Of a stretch of 64,000 nt of DNA, positions 62,414 to 64,000 are shown in pieces. The translations under genes were made by a program, and so were the position numbers. Position 1 is the stretch's first letter. Each line of letters starts with the position of its first letter. Origin of the DNA: Microbotryum violaceum (Eukaryota); assembly GCA_001244265.2 (NCBI GenBank), contig CDLV01000016.1:124001-188000 (forward strand). The letters are read 5' to 3'. The notes under the pieces are model-generated. The model was given only the letters and a program-made list of their open reading frames with translations, ran no database searches and was not told the DNA's origin.

Positions 62414-63599
62414 AGTGATGGTGGGTTCGTGGTAGGTGAAGATTGAGAAGGTGGCCGTACGTGGTCGCTGGTCGGTCAGTCTTTACCGTAGCGACGAGTC
62501 GGGAGAGGTCGAAGAGGAGAGAAACGATCAACGTTTTCTTCGAGAAGCGCCGGTGGAGACGGTGTAGGTATTACACCAGACGGGAGGCCAGTAGAAGGAG
62601 AATGGACTCGATCTCCCTGTGCGAGATCACAAGGAGGCGCACGAGCGGCTGCAGCGTGTGCAGACTCGGCTTTCGATCGGAGCCGGCAAATGGAGCGTCT
62701 ACCATGGCGGCATGCTCCGTTCGTGGCACTGGGGTCGCCATCTTCGCGGGCGAAATTGATGATGGTGCGACGTGGTGCGAGGCGAAGGCGCTTGACGGGG
62801 ACCGGCGCGCTCCTGGCTCATCAGTTCGATCTTCTGATCCCTCAAAATGACTCCGAACCATGGAAGGGCAACACGAGTAATGGGTCGTTCGGACCCAGAG
62901 TAGTACGAGCAGATGCGTTAAAATACGAGTTTCATTTTGCAACCATTAAGAACACTGCTTTGTCAATTGTTGCTGCTACAACTCACGTCGACTTGGTGAC
63001 CTCGGGTGACGGAGGGGTCTCCTTTTTCGGAAGACCGCAGCGCCGAGGGAGCTGCGATGCCGAGGGGTGGCGGCGCGGGCTAGCGTCATTGGCACGGATG
63101 AAGCGAGAGCTTGACCTCGAGTCGCTTGATAAGCGCCAAGTCTGGCCTCAGGGCGAGTATAAAAGCGCCCCCCCCCCTCTCACCTCTCTCTCTCTCCTTC
63201 CTTCTTCTTCGTTGATGAGTACCTCTCACATGGCTCCTCCACCACTGGGCCGAAACCGACTAGCGCATCGACGCAGCACCGAGGCGGTAGGTGGTGGAAG
63301 TCGGCAGTAGTGTACCATCAGCCACCGTGAGTTCACCTCCCCACTCGTCGCAAGTATGTACCACCGTCGCTGACTTGGGTACTGCCCTCCTCTGGTCTTG
63401 ACTCGGATCGTCACCAGCCTCCGATCTCGCTCTTGATCGAAGAGGGGCCCACGACAGTCCTGGTCGTCTTGCGAGGTAAAATGTTTGGGAGAGGTTGTTG
63501 GTTATCATTGTATCGGGTCAGTCCCGCTCGTGGCCGGCTCGCAGCTGCGGCATCATCGGCCGGACCCGACCTCGTACGACGGACTTGGGCTGACCCTGC

Positions 63600-63950
63600 T
63601 CTCGCCTTCACCTTCACATGCCCGTTCATCTTCATCTACCTTCACATCACACCATCCCCACCACATCATACCATCTTCACCATCACCATCTTCACCTCTA
63701 CATCCGATTATCGTCTTCACCCTTCACCATTCCCCATCGCCATCACGTTCGCTTCCACCCCGAATCACCTCCACCTCCACCTTGATCCCATGCCTTCACC
63801 TCTACATCTGCTCCTCCCCATTGCATCTCCACCATTGGCCCTCATTTCATGCTGCTCTTTCTTTGACCTTGATCTTGATCGTCAACCTCGCCTTCACCGC
63901 ACCGTCCACCTCTTGCTTACGTCATCCACCTCCACCTTTGCCTCCACCTC
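63600..63950. repeat. Low-complexity C/T/A-rich tract (CCTTCACC/CATCTTCACC-like units)
   Basis: Strong strand asymmetry with degenerate short repeats; no long ORF. Confidence 0.55.
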
Positions 63951-64000
63951 GGGATTTGGCGTTACAGGGGGTTTCCTTGTCCGCCAGTCGGCAGTGCAAG

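Overview
Eukaryotic, intron-rich, GC-rich fungal DNA. The gene set, GTGAGT/GCTGAC/YAG intron signals and TE families point to a basidiomycete, probably Pucciniomycotina and Microbotryum-like (inference). Layout: (i) 1-12.5 kb, TE-rich: a decayed Kyakuja-Dileera-Zisupton (KDZ) transposon nested in the left end of a deleted AcademH-type element, then an uncharacterised gene region with a tandem intron+exon duplication; (ii) 13.7-28 kb, a compact housekeeping block (EMC4, cPLA2/lysophospholipase-like, TLG2, OM14-like, RasGAP, CCCH protein); (iii) 29.7-62.4 kb, accessory: three mosaic tannase/feruloyl-esterase paralogues and a GH17-like gene, with a 4.4-kb CACCT-terminated TIR element (8-bp TSD, unknown cargo ORF, 42-bp-periodic palindrome array), Helitron remnants, two L1/Tx1-like LINEs, a pogo/Fot1-type transposase with an 881-bp inverted duplication, and a second AcademH derivative with 'striped' hairpin-capped TIRs. 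Coordinates of spliced genes are start-to-stop spans read by eye. No database search was run.
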